A stretch of 64,000 nt of DNA from Nemertoderma westbladi (GCA_032718475.1 JAUCBJ010007309.1:34010-98009), one strand, 5' to 3'; counted from the stretch's first letter, positions 1 to 13,099 are shown. Numbers and translations: made by a program. Notes: generated by a model not told the origin, from the letters alone.

Positions 1-283
1 CGTTTTCTGCGGTTAGACCATCTGGTTCAATTATCATGTATATATCTGAGTTGTATTCATCAAGAACAACCCGGGAATTGTTGCAAATTAAATCTGGCGC
101 CGGGTATCCACCTGAGTAACCTGGGTTACCAGAATTCTTGTAAGCAAAAGCTCCATCGCTGGGTGGTATTCCACTATACCCACCAGGGGGCGCACCATAT
201 CTTCCAACGGGTCCATCAAACCTACCAGGGGGCGCACCCGCACCATATCCACCAGGCCGCCCAGAAAATGGTTGACCGCTCAT
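1..283 (-). CDS. 5' part of an hnRNP U-like (SPRY) protein, paralogue of 9707..11947; truncated by window start
   Basis: Manual translation from ATG at 283: MSGQPFSGRPGGYGAGAPPG...SRVVLDEYNSDIYMIIEPDGLTAEN. This matches AVVLDEYNSDIYMMIEPDGLVAQD in the 746-aa ORF. Not in the ORF track because the stop lies outside the window. Confidence 0.85.
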   Translation of the reverse strand, partial: MSGQPFSGRPGGYGAGAPPGRFDGPVGRYGAPPGGYSGIPPSDGAFAYKNSGNPGYSGGYPAPDLICNNSRVVLDEYNSDIYMIIEPDGLTAEN

Positions 284-766
284 AGCAGCCTAGGAATGTA
301 TTGACAATACTGCAATAGAGTAACCTTATGCTGTTATGTGACCTTATAACCGGCACCTACCTGCCTGCCTACCGTAATTTAGTAGGCCTATTGTGCTATT
401 ACAGTACTGCAGTATTACAGTAGCATATTCAGCTATTACTGTAGGTATGCTGTATTAGGCCTAATTGATAATACAGTAATAATATTATTACATAATACTG
501 TAATATTTGTATTATACAGTCTGACAGTGACAGTTAGTATTAACGTACATACCGTACCGGTACCACACCACTAACAGACTATCTGACCCATATTATGATA
601 TTTAGTCTGTTACAGTCAAGGCGTTCTTTACTAAAGAACTTTACTTTAGTAAAGTACGCCTTGGTTACAGTATTATTACAGTACAGCAGTACCGGTACCT
701 GTATACATATTCATAAAATTACATCAGTACATGACATGGCAAGAAAGCAAAGCTTTTGGTGCTCAT

Positions 767-3343
767 GTACCCTTGTAAAACGAGGATCCCAGCAAAATCC
801 GCGGATCCTGTTGCGGATACCATAGAAGCAATGACGGATCCCAGTAGGATCCGCGGATCCTAGAAACAACGGATCCGCGGATCCAATAATAGTCTATGGT
901 ATCCGCATTATACAAATTTGTAAAACGCGGATCCCATAGCAAACCATTAAGGCAGCGGATCCCATAGACATCATTGAATATCCTTTACATGTCTCTTATG
1001 GTGTCCGCTGTTTACAAATTTGTAAAGAGCGGATCCCTTTCATTCAATGCAAATACCGGTACAGTAGTACCTAGCAGTAGGCCTTAATTATGTAGTTAGT
1101 TAACAGCAAGGCCTTGGTTAACAGTTAAGCATATAATAATAATAATAAGCGAGCAAGCCGTAGCAATGCAGTAAGCCCGCAAAGTGCAAAGGTCTGACAG
1201 TCTGCTGCAGTACAGCTGCTATAGGCCTATACCTCTTAGCTTAGCTTACATAAAAATATACATACCGGTACTGTAGCTTAAGTTTAGGGACTGTCAGCGA
1301 TATAACTTTCAGTTTCATAGTATGTACCGTAGTATGTATGTTGCACCATTGTACCACAAACATTTCTACTTTTTAACCGGTTAATTGGAAATGGTTAACC
1401 GGTTGACTGAAAAATTAACCGCTTCAGGCCCTAGATATAATTTTAAATCTAATAATTAATCTGGTAAAATATTATTATGTATGATACAATAGGTACGGTA
1501 ATTAAGTTAATTAATAAAAAAATTATTTATTTATCAGTATTATTTTCTTTAATAAATTGAAATTTAATGATGTCTTACTTATAAATTATGTATTATGTCA
1601 TCTTCCTGTTAATTTGTATCATGAAAAGAATAACTCAAATTCAAAATAGTTTCGCCACTTTTCACCCTTTAGCGGTGTGAATCATAATTTTTATTCTCAC
1701 TTTCATTCTTTAGATGCAATCGTTTAAAAAGTGTCTCCGTCGATATTGCACCAGTCCTTTTTCCTCAACCTTATAGCAATCGTTGGTTACTGTGAAATAG
1801 GTGGTAGATTTAATTAACAAGGATTCCAAATATGCTGAATGTAGATGAGAAATAGCTGGATATGGTTATATATTATATTATTATTGTAATTTACTGTTTG
1901 GTCTCGTTTATATTCGTGATTTATATAAAAAAAATACAGTGATATTTTAGTTTATTTTGTATATCAATATATTTGTCGAAACAAAACATATTGATGTCTA
2001 ATCAAACATAGAAATAACGAATGACAATAATGAAATAACTATTTATTTACTTGCATTGTTGCGATAATCTACTTCATACGATTGTGATAGCCTGACTCTA
2101 TAATCCTTCGCGGCTTTTTCAGAATGTCTCTAATCTCATAGGGTTCTTATAACTATGTATAACATACTATAACATACTTTATAACTAGTCAAAGAATTTG
2201 ATTGCGTTGCACGCTATCAAAAATTAAATATTAGGGTAAATTTGAAATTAGGGGGGGGGGAGGGGTTGCCTCAAATCCCATCTCGGCGAGCTTAATGTCT
2301 GTCTCAATGTTAAATATCAATTAAAGGAAGGGAGCAGGTTACAATAGTACGTTATTCTAACCAAAACAATAAACTAAAGTCAATAGAACAGGATAGTTTT
2401 ATTTTTGAGAGTAATCTGGTGTGATTAGCGTCGATTTCCCCTGGAGAGGGATGAATTTTGATTATGTCGACAGTTCCCCCTCCTCCCCCCCCCCCCCCCC
2501 CCCCATCTCATCTACAGACATTAGAATATACGCCCATCCGATGAAGTAGCCTAAAACTCATTATACTTAATTTCGACACTTTAATTTTAGGGCGCATCTC
2601 TTCCTTAGACCGCGTTCACACTACCAAGTCAAAGTCAAAAATATAAAACACATCAATTGAAATATAATTATTGTTTCTAGAATGTCCTGAAATGTTATTA
2701 TAAAAAAATAAGAACAATATGTGGGGCGAGCCACGAAGTTGGCGGAGCCTTAGCGAATTTACACTGTTGGGGGGGTGGGTCAATTTTATAAAATAGTTGT
2801 CGTTGTCGTCGTCGTTACGATTTTGAAATGCTAAAAGGACTGTATTCCGTCCGGAGTTTTCCGATGTGTCGTTAGAGGGCCACAAGTCTAAACATTAAAT
2901 GTCCTCCCATTTCTTACTAACTAATTGAAGTTGAGTCTGATAACAGTGTGGTACCGCGGTACCGGTAGCGAATCTACTGTCTGTCTGTATGCTGGTATGA
3001 AGGTATGTCTGTATGAGTATGTAGGCCTACAATTGCCCTACATACAGAATCAAGCAATTGCATTGTTTGAACGGGATCCGCTCTTTACAAATTTGTAAAC
3101 AGCGGACACCATAAGAGACATGTAAAGGTTATTCAATGGTGTCTATGGGATCCGCTGCCTTAATGGTTTTCTATGGGATCCGCGTTTTACAAATTTGTAT
3201 AATGCGGATACCATAGACTATTATTGGATCCGCGGATCCGTGGTTTCTAGGATCCGCGGATCCCACTGGGATCCGTCATTGCTTCTATGGTATCCGCAAC
3301 AGGATCCGCGGATTTTGCTGGTATCCTCGTTTTACAAATGCCC
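767..3343. mobile_element. Non-autonomous Mutator-like (MULE) element with long TIRs
   Basis: ~285-bp inverted repeats (767-~1052 and ~3058-3343) rich in GGATCC/CGCGG. A 9-bp direct repeat GGTGCTCAT flanks it at 758-766 and 3344-3352. No transposase ORF. Confidence 0.8.
2250..2480 (-). mobile_element. MITE copy (family also at 26223-26448) nested in the MULE
   Basis: Reverse-complement similarity to 26223-26448 (CCCCTGGAGAGGGATG; GGAGCAGGTTACA...TAACCAAAACAATAAAC). Confidence 0.6.
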
Positions 3344-3598
3344 GGTGCTCATACCACAGTACCATACGGGCAAAAAAACTTTAAATTAACATAAGAAATA
3401 TACTCCAATAATATCGTAAAACAGAAGAACAGTAGACATAATTATTACAGATATATAAAAATATATGCATATTTCAGTAATTAAAAAACTGAAAAAGTAA
3501 AGGCTGAAGAAAATAACTACTGTTGTCACAGGCATTATCAAGCAAACGTAAAACAAGGCTCTGTCGCACTACAGGCGCCACTTTTTATATGGAAAATA

Positions 3599-4697
3599 GG
3601 GTAAATCTTTTCGACCTACGCGTAGGCCTACTCGTAGCTACGAGTAGTTGGACACATTGGGTCATATCACCAGTTTCAGAGTTTTAACATTAACTTCGCG
3701 TGGTGCTACGCGTAGGTCATACTCGAACTACGTGTAGCTGCTACGTATAACTACGCGTACTGTAGGTGTTACCCACAACTATGCCACTACGTTTATCATT
3801 AGTAGGCGTACGCATTCCAAGCGGTTCAGTACTAAAATAAGACAATACTGTTGTACAGTATGTTCAATATACAACCATGAAATGCTTTCAACAGAAATGT
3901 CTCCTACACGTATACTCACTCACTGTAGTGGCATACACTACGACATTTTCTTCACTTCATGTGTTGCGCGCACAATAATGTATTATAATAATGTTTAGAG
4001 TTCAAAAATAATTTACAAGGAAATTGGCCGATGGTTCTTATCGATTCGCCATTGCCATTTATTGCCTTTCTTCACGAGAGGGCAAGATATACTATATTTA
4101 ATGTGTTAAACCCGTTGAGAAGGGAAGGGGGAAACTAATTGTCTACCATGATTGGTTGCACTTGTTATTTTACTAAACAAATTAATTATACAGTAATAAC
4201 AGCTTTCGCTTAACCACTTCACTAAGACTGGTAGCTTATACTTTGTAGTGCAATATTTAAATTATCCAATGGAACCAAAGAGACTTGGTGATATACGTGA
4301 TTTTAAGTCTATTTTTTTATTCACCCTGTGTTTGTACTGTATGTGAATGAGCCGAATATTATTATTACCATAGTGCTGTGTGCTGTGTAGAGAGATGAGT
4401 TTCCGAATTCGCTTGTCTGATAATCAGATACCTGACATACAGTATCATCGATACTTTGCTTAACAACTCAAGCTCTGCCGAACCTGAAATAAAAATTCTT
4501 TGTAATCAGAACTGCTACGCGTAGCACACGCGAAGTGCTACGCGTAGTTTTAAAATACCTACGCGTAGTTCCAAAATACATACGCCTAGTTTTAAAACAC
4601 CTACGCGTAGTTGTTAAAAAGGCAGTAAGTCTGGACCTACCGGTAAATGACAGGAATGGAAGTTATAAACTACGCGTAAGTCGAAAAGATTTACCCC
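3599..4697. mobile_element. MITE with ~28-bp TIRs, TA flanks and subterminal CTACGCGTAG repeats
   Basis: GGGTAAATCTTTTCGACCTACGCGTAG at the left end; CTACGCGTAAGTCGAAAAGATTTACCCC at the right end; TA on both sides. Confidence 0.7.
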
Positions 4698-5112
4698 TAT
4701 ACCTAGGTATACCCTATGTAGTGGCATACGCTACTACATTTTCTTCACTTAATGTGTTGCGCGTGTAATTATCTATTGTAATTATGTTTAGAGTTCAAAG
4801 ATAGTTTACATGGAAATAGGCCGATGGTTCTTATTATCCATTGCCATTTATTACCTTTTGTTCACGAGATGGCAATGATATATTTAAATAATCCAATGGA
4901 AACAAAGAGACTTAGAAATATACGTGAATTTTAAGTCTACTTTTTATTCATCCTGTAATTGATGTGAAAGAGCCGAATATTATTTATGGCATTGATTTTT
5001 TATGTCCGCTCTTTTGACTTTTTTTGTCCGCACTTTATTACGAATTGTGAATAATGACTTTTATTGTCCTTTTAATGTCTTTTTATGAATGTATTTCTTC
5101 AAACTGTCAGAC

Positions 5113-7990
5113 TGTTGATTTCTGGACTGTCGGACAGTTGATTTCACTATGCCTGTGCCAAAACATTCAAAATTTGTTGATTTCTGGACTGTCGGACAGT
5201 TGATTTCAACATGCATGTGCCAAAATATTAAAAATTTGTTGATTTCTGGACTGTCGGACAGTTGATTTCAACATATACATGTGCCAAAACATTCAAAATC
5301 TGTTGATTTCTGGACTGTCGAACAGTTGATTTCAATATTCCTGTGCCAAAACATTCAAAATTTGTTGATTTCTGGACTGTCGGACAGTTGATTTCACTAT
5401 GCCTGTGCCAAAACATTCAAAATTTGTTGATTTCTGGACTGTCGGACAGTTGATTTCAACATGCATGTGCCAAAATATTAAAAATTTGTTGATTTCTGGA
5501 CTGTCGGACAGTTGATTTCAACATACATGTGCCAAAACATTCAAAATTTGTTGATTTCTGGACTGTCGGACAGTTGATTTCAACATTCCTGTGCCAAAAC
5601 ATTCAAAATTTGTTGATTTCTGGACTGTCGGACAGTTGATTTCACTATGCCTGTGCCAAAACATTCAAAATTTGTTGATTTCTGGACTGTCGGACAGTTG
5701 ATTTCAACATGCATGTGCCAAAATATTAAAAATTTGTTGATTTCTGGACTGTCGGACAGTTGATTTCAACATACATGTGCCAAAACATTCAAAATTTGTT
5801 GATTTCTGGACTGTCGGACAGTTGATTTCAACATTCCTGTGCCAAAACATTCAAAATTTGTTGATTTCTGGACTGTCGGACAGTTGATTTCACTATGCCT
5901 ATGCCAAAACATTCAAAATTTGTTGATTTCTGGACTGTCGGACAGTTGATTTCAACATTCCTGTGCCAAAACATTCAAAATTTGTTGATTTCTGGACTGT
6001 CGGACAGTTGATTTCAATATGCCTGTGCCAAAACATTCAAAATTTGTTGATTTCTGGACTGTCGGACAGTTGATTTCACTATGCCTGTGCCAAAACATTC
6101 AAAATTTGTTGATTTCTGGACTGTCGGACAGTTGATTTCAACATATACATGTGCCAAAACATTCAAAATTTGTTGATTTCTGGACTGTCGGACAGTTGAT
6201 TTCAACATTCCTGTGCCAAAACATTCAAAATTTGTTGATTTCTGGACTGTCGGACAGTTGATTTCAATATGCCTGTGCCAAAACATTCAAAATCTGTTGA
6301 TTTCTGGACTGTCGGACAGTTGATTTCAACATACATGTGCCAAAACATTCAAAATTTGTTGATTTATGCACTGTCGGACAGTTGATTTCAACATTCCTGT
6401 GCCAAAACATTCAAAATTTGTTGATTTCTGGACTGTCGGACAGTTGATTTCACTATGCCTGTGCCAAAACATTCAAAATTTGTTGATTTCTGGACTGTCG
6501 GACAGTTGATTTCAACATGCATGTGCCAAAATATTAAAAATTTGTTGATTTCTGGACTGTCGGACAGTTGATTTCAACATACATGTGCCAAAACATTCAA
6601 AATTTGTTGATTTCTGGACTGTCGGACAGTTGATTTCAACATTCCTGTGCCAAAACATTCAAAATTTGTTGATTTCTGGACTGTCGGACAGTTGATTTCA
6701 CTATGCCTGTGCCAAAACATTCAAAATTTGTTGATTTCTGGACTGTCGGACAGTTGATTTCAACATGCATGTGCCAAAATATTAAAAATTTGTTGATTTC
6801 TGGACTGTCGGACAGTTGATTTCAACATACATGTGCCAAAACATTCAAAATTTGTTGATTTCTGGACTGTCGGACAGTTGATTTCAACATTCCTGTGCCA
6901 AAACATTCAAAATTTGTTGATTTCTGGACTGTCGGACAGTTGATTTCACTATGCCTATGCCAAAACATTCAAAATTTGTTGATTTCTGGACTGTCGGACA
7001 GTTGATTTCAACATTCCTGTGCCAAAACATTCAAAATTTGTTGATTTCTGGACTGTCGGACAGTTGATTTCAATATGCCTGTGCCAAAACATTCAAAATT
7101 TGTTGATTTCTGGACTGTCGGACAGTTGATTTCACTATGCCTGTGCCAAAACATTCAAAATTTGTTGATTTCTGGACTGTCGGACAGTTGATTTCAACAT
7201 ATACATGTGCCAAAACATTCAAAATTTGTTGATTTCTGGACTGTCGGACAGTTGATTTCAACATTCCTGTGCCAAAACATTCAAAATTTGTTGATTTCTG
7301 GACTGTCGGACAGTTGATTTCAATATGCCTGTGCCAAAACATTCAAAATCTGTTGATTTCTGGACTGTCGGACAGTTGATTTCAATATTCCTGTGCCAAA
7401 ACATTCAAAATTTGTTGATTTCTGGACTGTCGGACAGTTGATTTCAACATATACATGTGCCAAAACATTCAAAATTTGTTGATTTCTGGACTGTCGGACA
7501 GTTGATTTCAACATTCCTGTGCCAAAACATTCAAAATTTGTTGATTTCTGGACTGTCGGACAGTTGATTTCAATATGCCTGTGCCAAAACATTCAAAATT
7601 TGTTGATTTCTGGACTGTCGGACAGTTGATTTCACTATGCCTGTGCCAAAACATTCAAAATTTGTTGATTTCTGGACTGTCGGACAGTTGATTTGAACAT
7701 GCATGTGCCAAAATATTAAAAGTTTGTTGATTTCTGGTCTGTCGGACAGTTGATTTCAATATGCCTGTGCCAAAACATTCAAAATTTGTTGATTTCTGGA
7801 CTGTCGGACAGTTGATTTCACTATGCCTGTGCAAAACATTCAAAATTTGTTGATTTCTGGACTGTCGGACAGTTGATTTCAACATGCATGTGCCAAAATA
7901 TTAAAAATTTGTTGAGTTCTGGTCTGTCGGACAGTTGGTTTCACTATGCATGTGCCAAAACATTTAAAATTTGATGATTTATAGACTATG
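5113..7990. repeat. 62-bp tandem array (~46 units) with higher-order structure
   Basis: Unit TGTTGATTTCTGGACTGTCGGACAGTTGATTTCAnnATnCnTGTGCCAAAACATTCAAAATT. Variants recur with 4-unit periodicity. A 1056-bp (17-unit) duplication is shown by identical ORFs at 6014 and 7070. Confidence 0.95.
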
Positions 7991-8089
7991 AGATAGATTT
8001 CCATATGCGCCTGTGGTAAAAGACTCTATATTTTATAATTTTCTGAATGTTGTCGATAATCGATTTCCATTACTGTAGCAAAACACTCA

Positions 8090-8670
8090 TTTTATAGCCA
8101 AAAACAATTACCAATTGATGGAAAGCAGCATGTTAAAGAAGCAGGCTTTTCTAACCAAAACAATAAACGAGCACCTTGCCTATTGAGGGAACGGAGCAGG
8201 TTACATAGACGGGCTATTCAAACCAAAACAATAACAATCACTTTACCCATTGAAGCAAATGAGCAGGTTCCAGAGGCGGGTTTTCTAACCAAAACAATAA
8301 ACGATCACTTTACCTGTTGGGGGAAAGGAGCAGGTTACAGAAGGGCTATTCTAACCAAAACAATAAACGATCGCTTTACCTATTAAGGGAAAGGAGCAGG
8401 TTCTAGAGGCGGGTTTTTCTAACCAAAACAATAAACGACCACTTTAACTATTGGGGGAAAGGAGCAGGATACAGAGGCGGACTTTTCTAAACAAAACAAT
8501 AATAAACGACGACAATTACCAATTGAGGGAAAGTAGCAGAGGTTACAGAAGCCGGTTTTACTAACCAAAACAATAAACGATCACTTTACCAATTGGGAAA
8601 ACGAGCAGGTTACAGAAACGGAATTTTCTAACCAAAACAATAAACAATACCAATTGAGGAAAAGGAGCAT
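8090..8670. repeat. Diverged ~67-bp tandem array (~8 units)
   Basis: Recurring CTAACCAAAACAATAAACGA...GGAGCAGGTTACAGAGGCGG at 66-68 bp spacing. Confidence 0.9.
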
Positions 8671-9706
8671 TTTCGGCGGCAGTATTTTACATTATGTACA
8701 GTTGTATATATCCTTTATTGGGACAACCTCTTTGCTTTTTAGCTAAAACCGGCCTGATATTTTCGATATCAGTGTGTTTCGCTCTCAAATGGGGAATAAG
8801 TAGATTTTTCGAACACATTGTATGTGGACTGATCTGTTAGTTTAGAACTACATTATAGATTTAGAGGTACCACTACAACGCTACCCATAACAGTACAGTA
8901 GTCATGATCCATTATAAATGCATTATCCAGATATGTATCAATTATCCAAAATTTATTAATTATTTAAAAGGTAGGTTACAGTACTGGTCAACCGGTACTA
9001 AAATTCTGAAATTTGTTTATTAATTACCACCATTCTCTCATTTACAACTGTTTAGGCTACATCAGAGTACCGGTATCAGTATTGTACTAATCATAATAAA
9101 GGCTCTAATGTAAGACATTTTGTGGAATTTTGGACCCTTGAGATTGGCCCGATGGGCCAATGGTACAATGTGTATACTAGCTATGTGTGACTGGCGGAAT
9201 GGGTCTTCTTGGTCTGGTCACCCATAATGCATAATGTACATACATTTCAGATGTTTTTCAAATTAATTTTAAACTGTAGGTTATTTTAAGCACAAAAAAA
9301 AATCTGGGCAATAAACCCCCATACCAAATCCCACTGTAAGTGTATTCAAATAGAGGCGGGCAATATGCAGGTGCAATGCTGTAATAAAAAATGAAAATCT
9401 ATATCAAAATAAACAAAAAAAGTTTGTTTGGTTGCATGCAAGCCAAGACATTAAACAAAACATGTAACAGTTTACGCCTAAACCACTAAAGCTACACTAA
9501 ACCCGATACATAAACAAAATACCGGTACCAAACAAAATTATATTATTCTTGTGAATTGATAACATTATTTTACTATTATTATAGTAAAAAACAGAACATA
9601 ATACAATATATTCCAACTGAGACCTTCTTTAATTTGGCAAGTTAAATAAAAAAGAAATGCAAATAAAGTAAGTAACATATAGAACTGTAGTAAAATAACA
9701 AATGGT

Positions 9707-11947
9707 TTACAAGTTTGTTCTTTTTCGTTTTCGTTTTAGTTTGATTTTCGTTTTCGTATCCCTTTTTTGTTTAAGGCACCTCCGTTTTTTACTCTTCTGC
9801 TTTTTTCGTTTGCGCTTTTCGCTTTTCAAACAAGAAGGTTGTGCAAATAGTGGTGGTGGAGTCTGTCCAGTATTCACAACTTGAGTTGTATGAGTACAAT
9901 ATTGGTATAAATACTGGAATTCCTGTTTCACTGAACTTTTATATGGAACCCGACAGTTGTGCGGTACCGCATTTGGTCCACTGTACCTGTCAACATCGCA
10001 AGACCAGTCGCAGCCTACAATGGGATGAGACTGATTACAAACATTTTCTTCGCGATTTCTTTGTTCACAGGCATACGGGCTAGTAGAACGTCTTTCCTCT
10101 TTAATCCGTGGTTTTTCTTCCACTTTTATCTTCCTCCCATTATCCTCGAATCCACTAACCCTATCTCCTATCTGTCCTCCAATACCCCCAGATTGACTCT
10201 CCCCTTCATACCTACCCCTCTTTGACGCGCCATCCTCAGCCACACTACCACCCTCATCGTCTTCCCCTCTAGAACGCTTCGCACCAATGATAACAGTCCG
10301 TGGTATGTACATCTCATCCCTCTTGTATGCTGCTCCTTCATTTACATATTCCCGGACTAGCTCCTTTGCGGTCTCCCGATCTGCCTCAACATAACGAATT
10401 TCATCAAACACCGAACCCATCTGATCATCAGGCAACGAAAAGTTTGCCATCAACTCTTTAATGGCTTGAACTGGGATCATCTTCCCCTCGAAATCCTCCT
10501 GTTTTATAGTTCGCTTGATCAAAGTGTCTCTATCATTAACCAACACGCACGCCACACGCTTGTACCCCTCGAAGTATTCCATCTTCAATTTCCGTGGGTT
10601 TTCCTGGACATTTGTCTGATCTAGAATGTAGTTGCGTGCACGATTGGAGGCCATCTTGAACATCTCGTTTAGGATCTCCGTGGCTCGTTTTATCAACTCG
10701 GCCCAGCGTCCATGGTAATTCTTTCTTCTTATCAACCCTTTCACTTTCATCTTATCCATGATGGTGTTTGTTCCCAGGATTGTATACCGCTTCTCTGGAT
10801 TATCCTTTCGCCACTTCGAACTCCAAACGGTTTTACCCGCTCCTGGAAGTCCCACCATCATCAGTATTTCGTAATCTTCTTTCGCATTTGTCCCAGACAT
10901 GGGACACCGAATTAACGAATTTACAGGAAGGCTCGCCAGTGAAGTAAAACCCGCGATGGGTGCGAAACTCGGTTCTCTGTCCCCAAAATTTACAGAGAAT
11001 TTAATGTTTTTCACGGAAATATGAGGATAGAATGTTTGATTTCTACAATCACTGGGTAAATTAAAGGCAACCCCTAGATTCTTCCCATTTTTCGCATACC
11101 GAATCGTGGGTCTTTCACCCTCAAGATCGATATATGATGTCATTATATCGCCTTCCCCGAAAGGTCGTCCGTAAGAACGGAAGGAATTATTGTGGCTTTT
11201 ATTCCCCGTTCCACCAAATCCATAGGAGTTCTGTGACTCTCCCAATGCAAAGTCACCACCATTATCCAGCGACCAGCCCAGTCGCAAAACATTAGGCTTA
11301 TCATGGTTCTTCTTTTTGACAGGTAAGTTTTCTAAAATAATAACTTCGTAAAAGGCTTTCCCGCTTCGAACGCCGTGAGTAGCCCTACATCCTGCCCATA
11401 AATATTCAAATCCATTGTAGTGTATATCTTGAGCCACCAAACCGTCCGGTTCGATCATCATGTATATATCTGAATTATATTCATCTAGCACAACAGCAGA
11501 AGTGATACTTTTCGATTGTAGCGCAGGGGTTCCGGGCTTATCTGAGTTATTGTAAGTCAAAGTTGCATTGTTGTGGGGTGATTGTGATCCAGCATTACTG
11601 ATTGCTGGCGACCTATATTCGTCAGGGATACCAACAAATCCGAATTGGTTCATACCGTAACCGTATCCGCTAGGAATACCAACATATCCGCCATATCCAC
11701 CAGGGATACCGCCATATCCACCATGGATACCACCATATCCACCAGGGATACCGCCATATCCACCAGGGATACCGCCATATCCACCAGGGATACCGCCATA
11801 TCCACCAGGGAAACCGCCATAGTGCGCACCATTTCCTCCAAGGAGCACACCATGTTCAACTGGGATACCACCGTATCCACCCGGAGGCGCACAATAATAA
11901 CCATATACGCCATGGTCATGATGTCCATAGAATGAGTGACTACTCAT
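9707..11947 (-). CDS. hnRNP U / hnRNP U-like 1 family protein (SPRY + P-loop domain), intronless, no SAP domain
   Basis: 746-aa ORF. SPRY region (YLWAGCRATHGV...LRLGWS...LGESQNSYGFGGTG), Walker A MMVGLPGAGKT, ILGTNTIMDKMKV, RNYILDQTNV. N-terminal GGYGGIP repeats and a basic C-terminal tail. Confidence 0.9.
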   Translation of the reverse strand: MSSHSFYGHHDHGVYGYYCAPPGGYGGIPVEHGVLLGGNGAHYGGFPGGYGGIPGGYGGIPGGYGGIPGGYGGIHGGYGGIPGGYGGYVGIPSGYGYGMNQFGFVGIPDEYRSPAISNAGSQSPHNNATLTYNNSDKPGTPALQSKSITSAVVLDEYNSDIYMMIEPDGLVAQDIHYNGFEYLWAGCRATHGVRSGKAFYEVIILENLPVKKKNHDKPNVLRLGWSLDNGGDFALGESQNSYGFGGTGNKSHNNSFRSYGRPFGEGDIMTSYIDLEGERPTIRYAKNGKNLGVAFNLPSDCRNQTFYPHISVKNIKFSVNFGDREPSFAPIAGFTSLASLPVNSLIRCPMSGTNAKEDYEILMMVGLPGAGKTVWSSKWRKDNPEKRYTILGTNTIMDKMKVKGLIRRKNYHGRWAELIKRATEILNEMFKMASNRARNYILDQTNVQENPRKLKMEYFEGYKRVACVLVNDRDTLIKRTIKQEDFEGKMIPVQAIKELMANFSLPDDQMGSVFDEIRYVEADRETAKELVREYVNEGAAYKRDEMYIPRTVIIGAKRSRGEDDEGGSVAEDGASKRGRYEGESQSGGIGGQIGDRVSGFEDNGRKIKVEEKPRIKEERRSTSPYACEQRNREENVCNQSHPIVGCDWSCDVDRYSGPNAVPHNCRVPYKSSVKQEFQYLYQYCTHTTQVVNTGQTPPPLFAQPSCLKSEKRKRKKQKSKKRRCLKQKRDTKTKIKLKRKRKRTNL
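11680..11820. repeat. 21-bp coding tandem repeat (GGYGGIP)
   Basis: CCACCAGGGATACCGCCATAT repeated about 6 times within the CDS. Confidence 0.9.
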
Positions 11948-13099
11948 ATTCCTCTAGTAACAATATTTAATTTCTGAATTTTAATGTGTTTGTATTCAGT
12001 TCAGCTCAGTCTGTCAGTTCAGCAGTCTATGAGTTCAGTAGTATACCAATAAACATGTACCGTGAAGGATAAACGTATTACTGTATTACGGTAATTGATG
12101 ATGCATGCCATTATGATTACCGGTAATTCAGTACAGCAGTAGTAATTGGTCCGATGCTTTGATTCGTCTTTCTGTACGCTGTAAGTCAGGCTCACTTTTT
12201 TTTACACAATGTTAGGCTAATTACTGCAATATCTACTTGGCATGTGACACTGGGACATAAGATATTTTTAAAAAACATTTGGTAAGTTCAGAAGGGTATT
12301 AATTAATATTAGTACGTTTGAACGACACAAGCCAACCAAGCTGCTAAGCCTGAAATCAGATAATTAATTAATGGTACCGCTACCGGTATAGCAGTATTGT
12401 GCGCCACCTTAAGGATTGCGCGGGTATTATTTATTAAGTTCTTTGAAGGGAATGTATTATGCTAATAACAGAACAACGCTGTTGGGTTGGGCTGTTGCGA
12501 TACGGTTGTTTATTTCATATGTTAGCCCTGGAAAGGGCCGTTTGGGTTGGTTTAAGAGTAAGACGTACATAGTTTGCGCTGAAAAGGGCCGTTTGGGTTG
12601 GTTTAGGAGTAAGACGTACATAGTTGGCCCGTACATAGTTACATGTTATTAGAAAGTAACATTAAAAAATTATTTGTAATCTTTTGTAAACGAATGATGC
12701 TAATTGTTTTTATATTCCAAAGGTTTTGAACCGACTGACAACTACTGTACTGTAAGAAATCGAGGTTGTTTAATGTTTAGAGATTTCACCCGCCAGCGGT
12801 GGTTAAAATCCCATATTTTGATCGTATTTAATGTCTAAATATTACAAACTTTAAGATTTAAATCAAACTCAGTAGTTATTAAGTTAAAGGCGACAAAAAC
12901 TAATGACGTATTTCCCTTTATTGACCCCACCCTCCACCCGCCCAACACTGTCAGGTTACAAATGCTTCGGCTACTACTACGTACGTGTCTCCCGCAAATT
13001 AATAGTAATTAATATATAATATAATTATATATGGCAGTAGTATTTGTTAATTAACTAAACCCAATGCAAATGGTTACAATCATGAATGATAAGTGCGTG

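Larger units (their letters stand above)
4988..8670 (+). mobile_element. MULE-like non-autonomous element carrying expanded internal tandem arrays (right end not found)
   Basis: Starts GGCATTGATTTTTTATGTCC, homologous to the TIR of the complete copy at 29182-30403. Same internal order: 62-bp unit, spacer, ~67-bp units. Confidence 0.7.

Noticed and set aside
5113-7990. CRISPR-like constant repeat with variable segment; short ORFs on the minus strand
   Set aside because: The variable part is a few substitutions recurring periodically; the ORFs are translations of the repeat.
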